Source: Podarcis filfolensis (taxonomy: Eukaryota). Taken from it: 64,000 bases of DNA. The stretch's first letter is position 1; the number at the start of each line of letters is the position of its first letter. Made by a program: the position numbers and the translations under genes. The notes under the pieces are model-generated. The model had not been told where the DNA came from, did not search any database, and saw only the letters and a program-made list of their open reading frames with translations. The stretch lies in NCBI GenBank assembly GCA_964270895.1, contig OZ185436.1. One strand, written 5' to 3'. Of this stretch, positions 38,042-51,254 are shown in pieces.

Positions 38042-38855
38042 TGTCAGGAATGAACCAGCTCCCAGTGAAGGTTTGCAGCCAGCTCCCACTGAAGGTTTGC
38101 AGCCAACTGAAGGAAGCAGCCAGGAACAGAGAGGGTTAACTGGCATGCAGGATGAACACCAGCTAGTCCCCCACCCCTTGGAATGCTGGTTGATAGGGGA
38201 ATGACTGAGAGTGGGCAGGAACCCAGCCAAAGCTCTTGGGAAGTTCAAACAGGTGTGAACTGAGAAGGAAGAAGTCTTTCAGAACGGCAAGAGATTGGAG
38301 CTGATCTGATCCCTCCTAAGAGTCGGCTAAGGGGAGGGCTGTTAGACCAGAAACAAAGCAAGAGACACAAAGTGTGAAAGTTCAATATATTCTGTAAAAA
38401 CTGGAAGGAGTCTTCAGAAGGGTCATCTTCATTGATGACGCTGGAGGCTGTGTTAGAGCCATCCAGAGCTATCTGTTTATTTTGACAATAAATCATCCTT
38501 TTTAATTAACTACACTTACTGTGTGATCAGAAGATTGGCGGTTTGAATCCCCACAACGGGGTGAGCTCCAGTTGCTCGGTCCCTGCTCCTGCCCACCTAG
38601 CAGTTCGAAAGCGCGTCAAAGTGCAAGTAAATAAATAGGTACCGCTCCAACGGGAAGGTAAACAGTGTTTCCATGAGCTGTTCTGGTTCACCAGAAGCGG
38701 CCTAGTCATGCTGGCCACATGACACAGAAGCTGTATGCCTCAGCCAGTAAAGCAAGATGAGCGCCGCAACCCCAGAGTCATTTGCGACTGGACCTAACGG
38801 TCAGGGGTCCCTTTACCTTTACTGTGTGATCAAGCCAGGGACAGGACCCATGATA
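38042..38855 (+). mobile_element. Solo LTR (~510 bp net) with 5-bp TSD CCTGG, interrupted by a Sauria SINE
   Basis: Starts tgtcagg, ends catgata (decayed TGACA). CCTGG at 38037-41 and 38856-60. AATAAA near 38487. 24-bp internal tandem at 38055-38102. Confidence 0.75.
38530..38820 (+). mobile_element. 5'-truncated Sauria SINE with 14-bp TSD
   Basis: Homologous to 14264-14612, ends ccctttaccttt. TSD TTACTGTGTGATCA at 38516-29 and 38819-32 (overlaps the tail by 2 nt). Confidence 0.9.
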
Positions 38856-40806
38856 CCTGGGCTCCTTAGAGTTGGCAGCCCCTATGATTTTATGGTCCCC
38901 CACTCCTGTACTTTGTTTAGCACCCAGCCTGAGGAATAGTTTTGGAGAACTTGAAAGCTTTCTCACTATTTTGTGACTTTTTGGACACAGCAATCCTCCT
39001 GAATTCCAGTTACTGGAAATTGCAGCGGGTGTGTGTGTGTGTGTGTGTTCGTTCCTTTGCTCAAATCCTGCTTGTGGGTTTCTCATAGGCATCTGGTTGG
39101 CCACTGTGAGAACAGGATGATGGGTGAGATGGGCCCTTGGCACAATGCAGCAGGCTCTTCCTATGTTCTTATATTTTACTTGGTTCTAAGAAAGGTAATG
39201 CCTAACAGTGGATTTTGGATTCCACTCCCCCCCCCGACCTTAATGAACCAATATGTCTGCTTCCCCTCTGATCAACCCCCATTTCTGTTTCCTGTGTATG
39301 CACAGTGTCAATCCACCTATCTGCACCATCCCTGTGCATTGCTGTTGCAGGACACCTTGAAGTACTAACCAGTCTGGGCTGGATGATTAGGGTGTTAGTA
39401 ACCAATATTTATTTATAGGATAATAAATGTGCATCGCATACATCACTTTCGTTTATCCTTCGTGCAGTGGGTTGGAGAACAAACATCATCAGCACCTATA
39501 CTTCCCAAGAGTCATATCTCCATTATTCAGCTGCAGTTCTATCTGCGATACTAAACATTATTCTCCGGACGATGATTTCTCTGTTGTGTCACAACATCAT
39601 TTCTTTTCTTGGAGGACATCCCTATTTCCTTTGCTATGTTTTAAGTACATACAGGAGAGAAAGAGAGAGAGACTGATGGGTTCTGGGAGTAAAATGGCTC
39701 ACTTGTATGCTACTACTGGCAGTAAAAATGGATTTGATAGGCAGCGACATTCCAAAACCTTCATATGGAAACGAGATTCGAGTCATGTCAATCATTTACT
39801 TTTCAGCAATTCTAAATGTGCCAGCATCAAACAGCGACATCCATCTACCCCAGTACAAAAATGGTAGCATCAATATGACTGTTCCTCCTAGATAAAGGTG
39901 AAGTGTATATCACAAAGGAGCACATCAGAAGTGGAAGAAAACTAGATCACACAGTCAACGGCATCCATTCTCAATGTGAATATCCACAGGGGAGAAATAT
40001 AACGAGGACCCAAATGAATGACATCCTTCTGAATCAAGGAGAAAGGGGCAAGCTACATCAGCAACAAAAGCCCCTGCCATAGGATCAGACTTCTGGGGAT
40101 CACGAGACAGAAAGATGCGTTCACAATACATATATCAAATTAACTATGATGTGTCAGAAAAGAAAGCAGAATTTCCTGGATATTTTTTTGTCAAATGTAG
40201 CATGAATTTACCAAGGTTAGAGGTGTTGGGTTTTTTGGAAATTTAGCAGGTACAAACCTCACTTTTTTTTCTACGCAGGAAATTCAGGACGGAAATGGAA
40301 ATTTTATTTATGGCAGGATAGATTTATTATGCATTAGTCACTTCATTATGCAATAGTTTGACATCAGAAACAATCCATAAAATACAGCTCACTACTTATT
40401 TACCTATTTCTATAACACTTCCAATATACTCCATACTTGACACCTTAATCTCGTCCATTCTAACAGCAACCGTGTGTTCCCCAGGAACATTGATGTTATT
40501 ATCATTTTACAGGTGAGAAATAGAAGATGAGATGAGACAAGTTGGCCAAGGCTTCTGATTCACACCTGCAGCCTTCTTGCTTCTCCAGCCAAAGAGATGA
40601 TCATGCAGCCAGTGCTCCCCCCCCACTTCTAAATAGAACTGATCACTAGTTAAGTGACTTGCAGATGAGAATGAGGTACCTATGCCTCTTTTTCCTACAA
40701 TAGACTGTCTGTCCAGCGAATACATAAATACTGTGGGACGAAAACATTGTTAGTGCTTAATATTTTGGGAGATGAAAAGGAAACATAACATCAAAAGAAC
40801 TGGTTA

Positions 40807-41047
40807 CAGTGGTACCTCAGGTTACAGATGCTTCAGGTTACAAACGGTTCAGGTTACAGACTCCGCTAACCCAGAAATAGTACCTTGGGTTAAGAACTTT
40901 GCTTCAGGATGAGAACAGAAATCGTGCTCCGGCGGTGCAGCGGCAGTGGGAAGCCCCATTAGCTAAAGTGGTGCTTCAGGTTAAGAACAGTTTCAGCTAA
41001 GAATGGACCTCCGGAATGAATTAAGTTCTTAACCAGAGGTACCACTA
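40807..41047. mobile_element. Tc1/mariner (Tigger/pogo-like) MITE, ~241 bp, TA TSD
   Basis: TIR CAGTGGTACCTC(A/G)GGTTA. Near-identical copies at 57645 and 62906. Confidence 0.9.
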
Positions 41048-42611
41048 TATAGGCATGGCGTTAGCGGCACTTTTGATTTTTGCTAGCCAATGGAAGACAT
41101 CTCAGAACTTGGCATTAGATCACAGGTATCACTTGCTATGGAATATACCTATTACGGAATGGGGTCATCACCCATCGCCAGTTGCTGTTTGCTGTCATTT
41201 GACACTCTATGTTTGAGCTTGCTTCAATGCAGACTTCTGTAACATATCCAGTGGGGTGGAGGAGTGTGTCTCTTGTTCTCAGATGGGTCTTGATTGCATC
41301 CAGTCTCCTTTGCATGGGTATATCTCCATTTAATAACCCTAGCCTCAGCCAAGCTTCTTATTTCTAAGAGTTCCAGGCCTCTGAACTCAGCACTGATGTG
41401 GATATGAATTATGCTGTGCATCAGCATGCGCACTTCAGTGCTCATCCAGCCTCTCTGGGGCTAGCAGATTTTATGCACAGCTAGGTAGAGATGGATTGGG
41501 ACTCATACTGTTGAATGTAGATTCAGAAACAATGTGTGCAAACTAAAGCAATTCTGCCAAGCTTCAAGCCCCATCGAAGTCAATGGAACTTAAGCACACA
41601 GTTGTGTATACAAGCTTTCTTGATCTCAGCAGACATTAGACAGGTCTTGCTTTCTCTGAATTGTGCTCATTATATTTTAGTTTACGTTATTTTGCTATGT
41701 CTCAATGGAGAAACAGAGTATTTCTGAATACCCAGGCTTTGTCTACCTCTCATTTTTATCCTGCTTGGTACTGTGTGTAATGTTCCTCATTTAATGCGGT
41801 CTTCCAGGAAAGAGGCAGGTAATGCTTACCAACTGCCCATCTCCATAGGGCAAATTGATCTACATGGGTGGAAATGTTATTGATTAATTCTTACTATAAA
41901 TAACTGGGTGTTTTTGAAGCAGACATGTTCCGCATCATTGTATATTGACAAAATGTTCCTGTGATAGATAGCATACAAAATATGTTAGGCATGCATCCTT
42001 ATCTGAAGGAATAGTGTTCATTAGCTTTTGTATTACAGAGGAGACAATTAATATTCAGCTCACAGAGAACTGCTGCACACCCAAGAGATTAATATTTGAA
42101 TCCCTGGCTGATAGCCAGTGGGAGTGTGCCATGGGCATTATCTTTCTACAACACATTTAATACTTCCCCCGGAGGAGTTCATTCAACCAAGCATTGTATG
42201 TACAAGAAGTCCTAAATAACATGAACATAAAATTGCTGGCCTGAGAATTGTCTGCCTTTGTAAGAGCCTTTCCAATTAATCAGCTGTCAGTATTATGGGA
42301 TGGTTCTAGACTGCCTGCAGTTCCCACTGCTGCAGAAGTCCAGCCTATTGGAGTCCTAACAGGCTGGCCAATCTTATAGTCAGATGTCATTCTTCAGCCC
42401 ATGCTTAATTTATTTTTTAAATAGGCAACTGAAGGTCTTCCATCAATTCCTAAAATAACAGAGGCAGTAAAATTAGCTTTAAGCCCACCACCACCAAAAA
42501 GTCCCAAAGCACCGAAAAAGCTTTTGGTTTTCACCAAACTTTTATTTAGGTTTGATATAAAACAGTAATTATTAACCAGAGAGAGGAGTCAGTCCTCTTA
42601 AGATATCCATG

Positions 42612-43092
42612 TGTCAGGTGGCTGCAAGCAACTCCCACGGCTAGTTGCCCAGGAACATACAAAGACAAGGAAAAGTTTCTTACCATCCACTTTTTATTCA
42701 GTATTTAAAGAGAGAGGCTTTGGAACACAGCCTCTTGGATAATGGCATTGTCGCAAGTGAATCTCTACCCCCCCACTCCCTCATGTGTCACCCCTATGGG
42801 TGCTGACAAGCGCCCTCTGCCTTTGAGCTCTTTGCTCTCCTACTTTCAAGGCTCGCCGGGTTCTGGGAAAGGGGACTGGTCTGGAATGCTTTCTAAAGAC
42901 ACTGTGTCCATCAGCTGGCGCCCCCCCTAGTGCTTCCTGTTCCTCCTCCTCCTCTCCCATTATTTCCCAACTTTCTCCCTCATCTGTCTCTGGGCTGTGA
43001 CCTCCTACAAACCACTGTTGTAAATCTGAACTGTCTTCCTCTTCTCTGGAAGGCTCAGTCTTCACCATTCCTCCTCTGCCCAGTCCCTGACA
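42612..43092 (-). mobile_element. Solo LTR (481 bp), same family as 25750-26242, 5-bp TSD CCATG
   Basis: tgtcagg...ccctgaca. CCATG at 42607-11 and 43093-97. Shares blocks such as aaagacaaggaaaagtttctta and cagcctcttggataatggcattgtc. Confidence 0.87.
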
Positions 43093-43471
43093 CCATGGTT
43101 TGTTACTTTTCTGGGAATTCATGTGAGGAGCAGAGACCTGAAAGGAAGAAAAAAGTTCCCAAGCCAAATTAAGGGGCAATATATTGTCTCCACTCTTCTC
43201 CACCATTCCTTCCAACCCCAAGATGAATCCCCCTTCCTTCCCTTAATTTGATGGTGGCAGAAGCAGCAGGTGAACAAGCGTATTCCTCCTAAAGAGCCCT
43301 TTGGATAACTATGTTTCTCATGGACTCCTGCTGTCAGTGGCAAGCATTATAGTAATGGAAAGAAAAGGGGAAAACCCCAACTTTTCTCCCTGTTGCCATT
43401 CTCACTAAGGATGTAAGGAAAGACTGAGGAATAGTAATAGTAGTAGTAGTAGTAGTAGTAATTTAGACTTG

Positions 43472-44090
43472 ATCACTGCAGATGGTGACAGCAGTCATAA
43501 AATTAAAAGACGCCTGCTTCTTGGGAGCATTCTTAAAATTAAAAGACGCCTGCTTCTTGGGAGCATTCTTAGTCAATGACAAACCTAGACAGCACCTTAA
43601 AAAGCAGAGACACCACCTTGCCGACAAAGGTCCATATAGTTAAAGCTATGGTTTCCCAGTAATGATGTATGGAAGTGAGAGCTGGACCATAAAGAAGGCT
43701 GATCGCCAAAGAATTGATGCTTTTGAATTATGGTGCTGGAGGAGACTCTTGAGAGTCCCATGGACTGCAAGAAGATCAAACCTATCCATTCTTAAGGAAA
43801 TCAGCCCTGAGTGCTCACTGGAAGGACAGATCCTGAAGCTGAGACTCCAATACTTTGGCCACCTCATGAGAAGAAAAGACTCCCTGGAAAAGACCCTGAT
43901 GTTGGGAAAGATGGAGGGCACAAGGAGAAGGGGATGACAGAGGACAAGATGGTTGGACAGTGTTCTCAAAGCTACTAACATGAGTCTGACCAAACTGCGG
44001 GAGGCAGTGGAAGACAGGAGTGCCTGGCATGCTCTGGTCCATGGGGTCACGAAGAGTCGGACACGACTAAACGACTAAACAACTACAACA
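43472..44090 (+). mobile_element. 5'-truncated BovB LINE inserted in the tail of a minus-strand L2 fragment
   Basis: MYGSESWTIKKADRQRIDAFELWCWRRLLRVPWTARR (ORF 43662-43937). 36-bp tandem duplication at 43499-43570. L2 tail (AGT)n on the left, L2 body 44091-44272 on the right. Confidence 0.92.
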
Positions 44091-44272
44091 ATACCGCACC
44101 TATCTGGCTGGGTTTCCTGAGCCACTCTGGGTGGCTCCCAACAGAATATTATGATGATGATGATAAAATATCAGACATTAAAAACTTCCCTAAATAGGGC
44201 TGCCTTCAGATATCTTCTAAAAGTCGGATAGTTGTTTATTTCCTTGACATCTGGTGGAAGAGAGTTCCACAG
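44091..44272 (-). mobile_element. L2-clade LINE 3' fragment
   Basis: LWNSLPPDVKEINNYPTFRRYLKAALFREVF. Homologous to 33430-33620. Confidence 0.75.
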
Positions 44273-46264
44273 GAAGAATTTGCTTGGTGAGTGGGATGGT
44301 TTGAGTGGATGGAGTGAGGGTTGGGAAGCCAGGAATGTTGATGGATGGATGCAGGAGGGAAGGCAGGAATTATCCCCCAAAAATCCAAAGAGTGGGGAAA
44401 TCAGCTTTCTTCAGTTTTAATGTGTGTGTTTTTAAACGATCCCCTTAAAGTTATTTCTGAGACAGGCTCAGGACCACTTTGCCTGCATGTCAACGAAAAG
44501 CATGAGGGAGAAAGAACACAATGTTCCTGGTAGAGGGCAAGGTGGAAGCCCCATGTGCAGTATGATGCAGTCATAAAGAATATTTTTTTATAGACTGATT
44601 AGGTTAGACTGACTGGAGGAGGAGGAAAATTGCAAGTGGGACTACAACATACTGTGACTGCAAAGCAATAGCTACTTTTCTTTTTGAACCTATAAATGCC
44701 AGCAGTCATTTGAGCTTGTTGATAACACTAATCAAAAGTCTTTGGTCCCGTGTAATGTGGAGAACGGATTTTAAAAAATGAAAATTTAAATACTGAAGTC
44801 CAAATATCTACAATTTTTTCTCTGTGTGACGTTGACATTTGTTCCAGTTTATTATTTCTCTATATTTACATTTCCTTTCCTTTCCTTACATTCGTTTGCA
44901 AGTATGTAGCATTGATTTCTGAATCGATCAGAACATAGTCCAGATATCTACAAGGCCTCCTCCAACTCTGTAATTGATACTTTGCTACCGTATTGCATCA
45001 GAACTACAGAGGAATTCATTTAAAAATGTTTGCTCTTAGCTCTTAGCAATACCCAGCTTTCTCAAAATATATGATAGTGTTAAGTAGAAAAGAAAGCATT
45101 TGTAATTCCCCCGGTATAACTAATTGATTAGTTTACTAATGTAAGATCTAAAATGTAAACTTGAATTGGAATAATGATGGCACAGTTGAAAATAACATAA
45201 TCTTTTCATTCAGCTGCACTTAAAATGAGTCTTCAAACAATGAATGATTTGTCTCTGGTATTTGTTCAGAGAAACTGTTATCATCATTAACTAGCCTCAA
45301 ATATCTTCTGCACTGTGATACTGGCATGCTCATTTTTAATTGGTTAATTAGTCAAGCAAAAAGCAAGAGAGTCAATCAATTAAAACTTATTAAGCTAAAT
45401 AAGAAACATTTCTATGTGCAGACATTTCTGACGGTTTATAGGATTAAAGCTTTCTGAAATCTCATGCAGGGTCCTGAAACACGTTCCGTCCAAGAGAAAG
45501 CAGTAAGCATGCATATATAATCTCCTATTTCTGTTTGACATGTTGTCTGGCAAATGCCACAAGGCCCTCACATATCTCTGAGAAGTTGTAGAGGTGTCTA
45601 GTGCAGCCTAGGTATAATGTTATATTGCAGTATTTCAGGTTAGCAACCATCCTCTGCAGACATAAAAGTTTTATCTGTTACAGTATATTAAGTCAATTTT
45701 AAAGCATATGTTTCCCAAGTTTCTTTTTGTTCTGTTTGCCAGAGATGCTAGGGATTTTTATTATGTTTGTTATTTGGGGGAAACTCTCCCTCCCTCCCTC
45801 TCAGATAGATATACTGATTACTTTACAGCGCCTACTGCATGAATTTTAGTGAAGTCAAGTAAACAGCTGAAATATAAAAATAGATGTACCTTTAAAATTC
45901 ATGACCTAATACATCACTAGAAATAACATTACCAAATCTTTCAACAAAGGCATCATTACATAGATTGGGAATGAGTGGATTTCACTCCAGATTGCAGGTC
46001 ACTCAGAATCTAACTTGGCTGCGTAGATATGTGACATGGAAGGCCGCCCAACCATAATGTGTTAATTGTTGCAACCCACCTTGGAACCTTCGGGTGAAGG
46101 GTGGGTAATAACTTACAATAATCATTTTTGCTTGGAGTATCTGACCAGCATGCATGATCTTATCGACAATGAAATTCACTTTCAGAAAACCTCTCTAATG
46201 AATAATTTTCACATAACTATTTTTTTTAATTTTTATTTTTTGCAAAAGGAAGTACTATTGGGAA

Positions 46265-46975
46265 TGCACATCCGCTTGAAGCACAGGGTGTTTGAGGAGC
46301 GGGCAGTCGTAGGGAAACCGAAAAGCTTATTTACTATTGTACTACCAGCTTTACTGTATGCTTGTGAAACATGGTCCACTTATAAATGTCAACTCCTCAA
46401 AAGATTCCATCAATGGTGTCTCTGAAAAATTGTACACATCTCTTTGGAAGACAGGCAAATTAATGCCAGTGTGCTGGAAGAAGCAAATATCACCAGTGTA
46501 GAAGCAATGATTCTTCAACATCAACTTTGTTGGATTGGTCATGTGGTTTGAATGCCTGGCTGATTACCATCTTCCAATGCAACTGCTCTATTCCCAACTT
46601 AAGAATGGAAGGTGTAATGCCGGTGGACAGCAAAACAGGTTTAAAGATGCTCTCAAAGCAAATGAAAAAAAAGTAGTATAAACACCGACAATTGGGAAAC
46701 ACTGGGCTGCAAGCACTCCAACTGGAGAATGGCATCTACCAAAGGAATCATGGACTTTGAAGAAACACGAACTCAGGATGAAAGGGAGAAACAAACTGAG
46801 AGGAAGGCCTGTTTGGCGAATCTTCACCGAGATCAACTCCCACCCAGAAACCTATGTCTCCACTGTGAAGGATGTGTGGATCCAGAATTGGCCTCCACAG
46901 TCATGGACACACCGTTAAGACCGTGTTCATCGAAGACGATCTTACTCAGCTACAAGTCATCACCAAAGAAGAAGA
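46265..46975 (+). mobile_element. Degenerate RTE-clade LINE 3' fragment (non-BovB), (GAA)n tail
   Basis: LPALLYACETWSTYK...; frameshifted paralogue of 51257-52245. Confidence 0.85.
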
Positions 46976-49539
46976 AAAGCACACTACATGTAACAAGGGA
47001 AAGGCAATGTGAGATCCAGTTCTGCTTCTAATCTGCATGTAAGTCTATAAAAGAAATGTATGTCTGCATGACGCCATGTTTTATACGGCCCAAGAAACAG
47101 AAAATTTGCTCAAGAGGTCTATATCTCATGCAGAATTGGAAGGAATTTAAAGGAGAATGGAAAAACATTCAAGACACATTTACCCCCAACACCAGCACAG
47201 CAACAAAATGGTGCCAACCAAGCCCTAGTTGGGTGTTCACACTAATACAATTACAATTGTGTGAGGTGGAGCTAACTGGAGTGACAGATGAATCATATTC
47301 CAGCACTGGCACCAGTGCAGCATCTATCACTACCTGTGGGCAGCAGGTTTGCTTAAGAGGTGCTGTGCAAGTCATGCAGCACAGAGTCTGGCCTTTAAAA
47401 GACACCTCAGTTGTCCCTACCTGTCTGAGGCTACCTCATCCTGCATCATGGCAGGGCTGCCCTAAAGACAGGGAGTGTCTGCTATGCCAAGAAACTGGTT
47501 CTAGTGAAAGAATCCTAATGGGAATGGGGAATCCATTTTAGCAAGACGGAATGAACTTGAGGGCATGCCAAACCGCTGATTGGCTTAGTGGCCACTTTTA
47601 CATCTAAGCTAGGAAATCTGTTCTTTCTTGTATCAATTAGTTGCTTTTGTCAGATTAGATTGAATGTCATGGGCATATTGGTTCTGAGATCAACATATGT
47701 GATACTCCAATTGCATTTAAATATACAATTAAATTATCACATTATGTTCCATTCCGAAACTGCAGAAGGATAATAATCCTGCTGGGATTTCTTTTTCTTT
47801 TTCTTTTTTGAAGAAAATCTGTTTCTCTGTTCAGATTTCTTAAGAACTGGCACTGAACTCACGTCCAATCAAACTGTTCAAGGGTTTGGGGTCATGACTG
47901 TTGCGACACAGCAGGTTGCTGCAGAGTTTAACGTAGCGTGCATAAGCGAGCCAGTTGGGAATATTCTCTCGAGATGATTTGCAAGATCTTTTAAAAGAGC
48001 TATTTGAAAAGCCTAGAAGATCTCAGCACTATATATATTTTTCATTACTTTCCTGCTGTTTTGGCAATGTTTCCAAAGTGTCAGTGCATTCAAAACAATG
48101 ACAACGGCGACCGTGGAGAGGAAACGATGAAATAGTGCAAGGGAATGGCTGCTTTAGGCAAAATTAAAATCGTTTTCAATTAATTGTAGAATCAATTATT
48201 AAAGAATCCCCAGCAATCGTCACTGGTATACCCAATTGTTTTCCGGCTTTTCTTTTCTTTTTTAATGCCACTGTACAATTTTCAGGGGTTTTGTGTTAAT
48301 CGTTATTTTCATCCTTAAACCTTTTGCATTATTCATATTGTCTGCTCTGTGAGTTCCCTCCTCCCTCAGCACTGAGTGAGGTCAGGAATGGGAACCTGTA
48401 GTGTATGACCAGATAACATAATTTCAGGTTTGCGTTTATTCATTCTTATTGACTACTCACTCAGGTCCTTGCTTTTTTAAAAAATAAAAATACATCTTTG
48501 CTTCAGTCTTAGTCTCCATACTCAGTGGGGTGGACCACCAATGACATAAGCTTTATTCATTTGTGGAATACTGCTTCAAAGCATCAAATCCCCATAAATA
48601 TAGGGAGAACTCAAAGGCTTTAATCTATACAGCTGTCAATTTTCATTGTTCTTTCTTTCCCGGATAGCAGAGACGGGGTTTGACCTGGCAAAGAGGGCTG
48701 AGGTTTCTTCTTAATTTGCTAGTTTGACTTGATTTTGAAAGCAATATTTCAGAGCATTCATAAGCTTTAGGTTGCAGTCCTATGTACACTTACATGGAAA
48801 TAATAACCTCAATTGAACTCTGTGGGTCTTACTTCTGAGTTGACATGCATAGAATTGCACTGCTTATATCATTTGGTTTTTTAAAAAATGCACCAGCCTT
48901 TATTCTGATAGCTTGCTGTCCAGTGATGCCCCAGTGCAAAATATCCTCTGCCTCAAGAACCCCCACATTTTCTTGCAAACCTGCAAGGAAGAGGAGGAGG
49001 CTTGTAAGAATTTTCTTGCTAGAAGATTCCAAAGGCCACCTAGCCTGGTCCATGTCTCTGACAATGAGCAATCATGGCTTTCAATAGAAAATGAATAAGT
49101 ATGTTTACATGTCATCCCCACAACTTCTAAATGGCAAGAGCATTCCTTCCAAATGGCAAGAATACTACATCGAACAACCAGATACAAAAGAGAAAAGTGC
49201 TTCTCTGTATTTAAATACGATAGAATTGAGGAGTTCACACCTGTAAGATACTGGCTTGGAAGATCAGAGTTCTCTATTAACTTGGAAACCTCAATGGGTA
49301 CAAAAGACTCCCTGCTGCAGAAGTTCACCACGACCACGTGAAGAGTTAAGAGGGTTCATGCAACAACATACATCTGTGTACATGATGATGCCCATCAAGA
49401 GCTAGAGTTCACGATCCAAGTGAGGATTCTAGCTATTTTCAGTTAACACAGTTATAATCTCCCTGCAGGCGTTCATGTTCATTGTTCTTCAGAGAAAGAA
49501 GAAGTTGGTCCAATGTGCAGAAACCTGGGGTCCTACAAG

Positions 49540-49925
49540 GCTCTGTGCTACTGTGCAAATGAATGCCCCCCTTCCCTCAACTGTTTGGTAGTTAGAAAGA
49601 CAAAGGGCAGAGTTGAGAGTGGAGTTATGTGAGCTAGAAGCTGGAAACTGGAAGCAAACTGGGAAGTAGGCTGGAAAGCCAGAGAGAGAGAGCCATGCCT
49701 GATTTCATAGCTGTGGCTATGGAAGAAGCAAGACCCTCTTGGGGTGTTCATGCTGTGAACCCCTTCATTATATGCTCAGGTTGTATATTTGTGTAAATAA
49801 ACCATATATCATAAAGACACTGCAGTCCCTGTTGTACCGCATTCTAAAGGAAGCATGAACCATGGGTAAACACCTGGCTCCCCTGGAATCTCGCACCACT
49901 TGGAAATTGAGGTATCATGCAACAG
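49540..49925 (+). mobile_element. LTR-like segment, boundaries unresolved
   Basis: Purine-rich U3-like run and gtaaataaaccatatatc poly(A) context. No TSD pair found. Confidence 0.35.
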
Positions 49926-51254
49926 TGGTTCTCCGGCAAGAGCATTTCAGAGCTCTACTGATCCTTTTCAGGAGGACATGCCAGGCACGGACAGTGTTTC
50001 ATCTGCCATGGAGCTATGGTGCCTCTCCACCAAGGAGATTCAGTATCCTGTTGATAACTCAAGTATCCGCTGGATGTGTTCTGAGCCAAACATTTGGACA
50101 TTAAAACCAAATGTGTTATTAATGAAGTGGAACTTCAGCAGGTAGAACTTTTCCTTTTCCCTCACAGCTATTAGTTGAACCGCAGTCCAGTCATGTGTGG
50201 CATCCAATCATCCTACTAGCACATGGGGAGTTCACCTATTTATATTTGTGATTAGCATTGTTCATCCAGATCCCCCAAACTGCACCCAGAATGGTATGCG
50301 ACAAAATAGCAAAAGACCACAAAAACATTATAAACAGAGAAGACCCCACTGATATAAGGCAACAACAGGAAAAGTCTACAAATTCTAAAAGATGTGAAAG
50401 GCAACACTGAGGTTAAGGAAAGATTGATCTGTCTTAATGTTACAAACATCCATAAAGAATCTTTAAAACCTTCAATAAAATTGTTTCATAAATAAACTTT
50501 TTGGATCTGTGGTATCACCTGAGCTGTATGGTGGCTTACAACTGGATCGCCCATATTGTGTCAACAATTTCTATACAAATCACAGCAAATTCCTTGTGAT
50601 GGCATGGAAACTCCTTGCCGGGGCAACAGGCCATTAGCTGAATCACCTTACATATGAAACTGCTGAATGTCTGTAATCTGTGAGCTGACCCTCACTCTTC
50701 TCCTTTGGGGGATTGAATGGCATAACAAGGGCAATACAAGGCCCTATTACCACCTCCTACTGGCGACATTATGATCATATGTCAATTGAAACCTTTGATA
50801 AAGCCTCATATCTTTCACAAACCACCAATACCAAGGCCCAGATATTCTTGTCCTGAAGGGCAGACTCCACAGAAAAATTTGTAAGACCTGAATCACTAAG
50901 CTGATGGAGAGACTCTCTGGATCGCCCATATTGTGTACACCACAAGCAATACCATATAGTATGAGTAACCTTTCCCCCCTCAAACCTCACAACATCCAGC
51001 ATCAACATCCTCTCAGCTCTGCAGAAACCACTCCAAAGAGCACAGATTCCGGAGGCCCTCCCTCCTGCTTGGTGGTTCGCATTCTTCCATGGTGTACTGT
51101 TCAGATCAACTGTAAAACACCCCACCTCCAGGGAAACCTATGCAACAACAGTGTTTCTGTACATGTGTTTGTGGTTACATTCCCCCAAAATTACAGGTAT
51201 AGCTAACAGAAATTCATTCTTCACATCTGTTCTGTTAGGCATTCCTGTAACCCC

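Noticed and set aside
37679-38248. Overlapping 189-aa and 168-aa ORFs
   Set aside because: They straddle an LTR boundary and its tandem repeat, with no recognisable domain or splice context.
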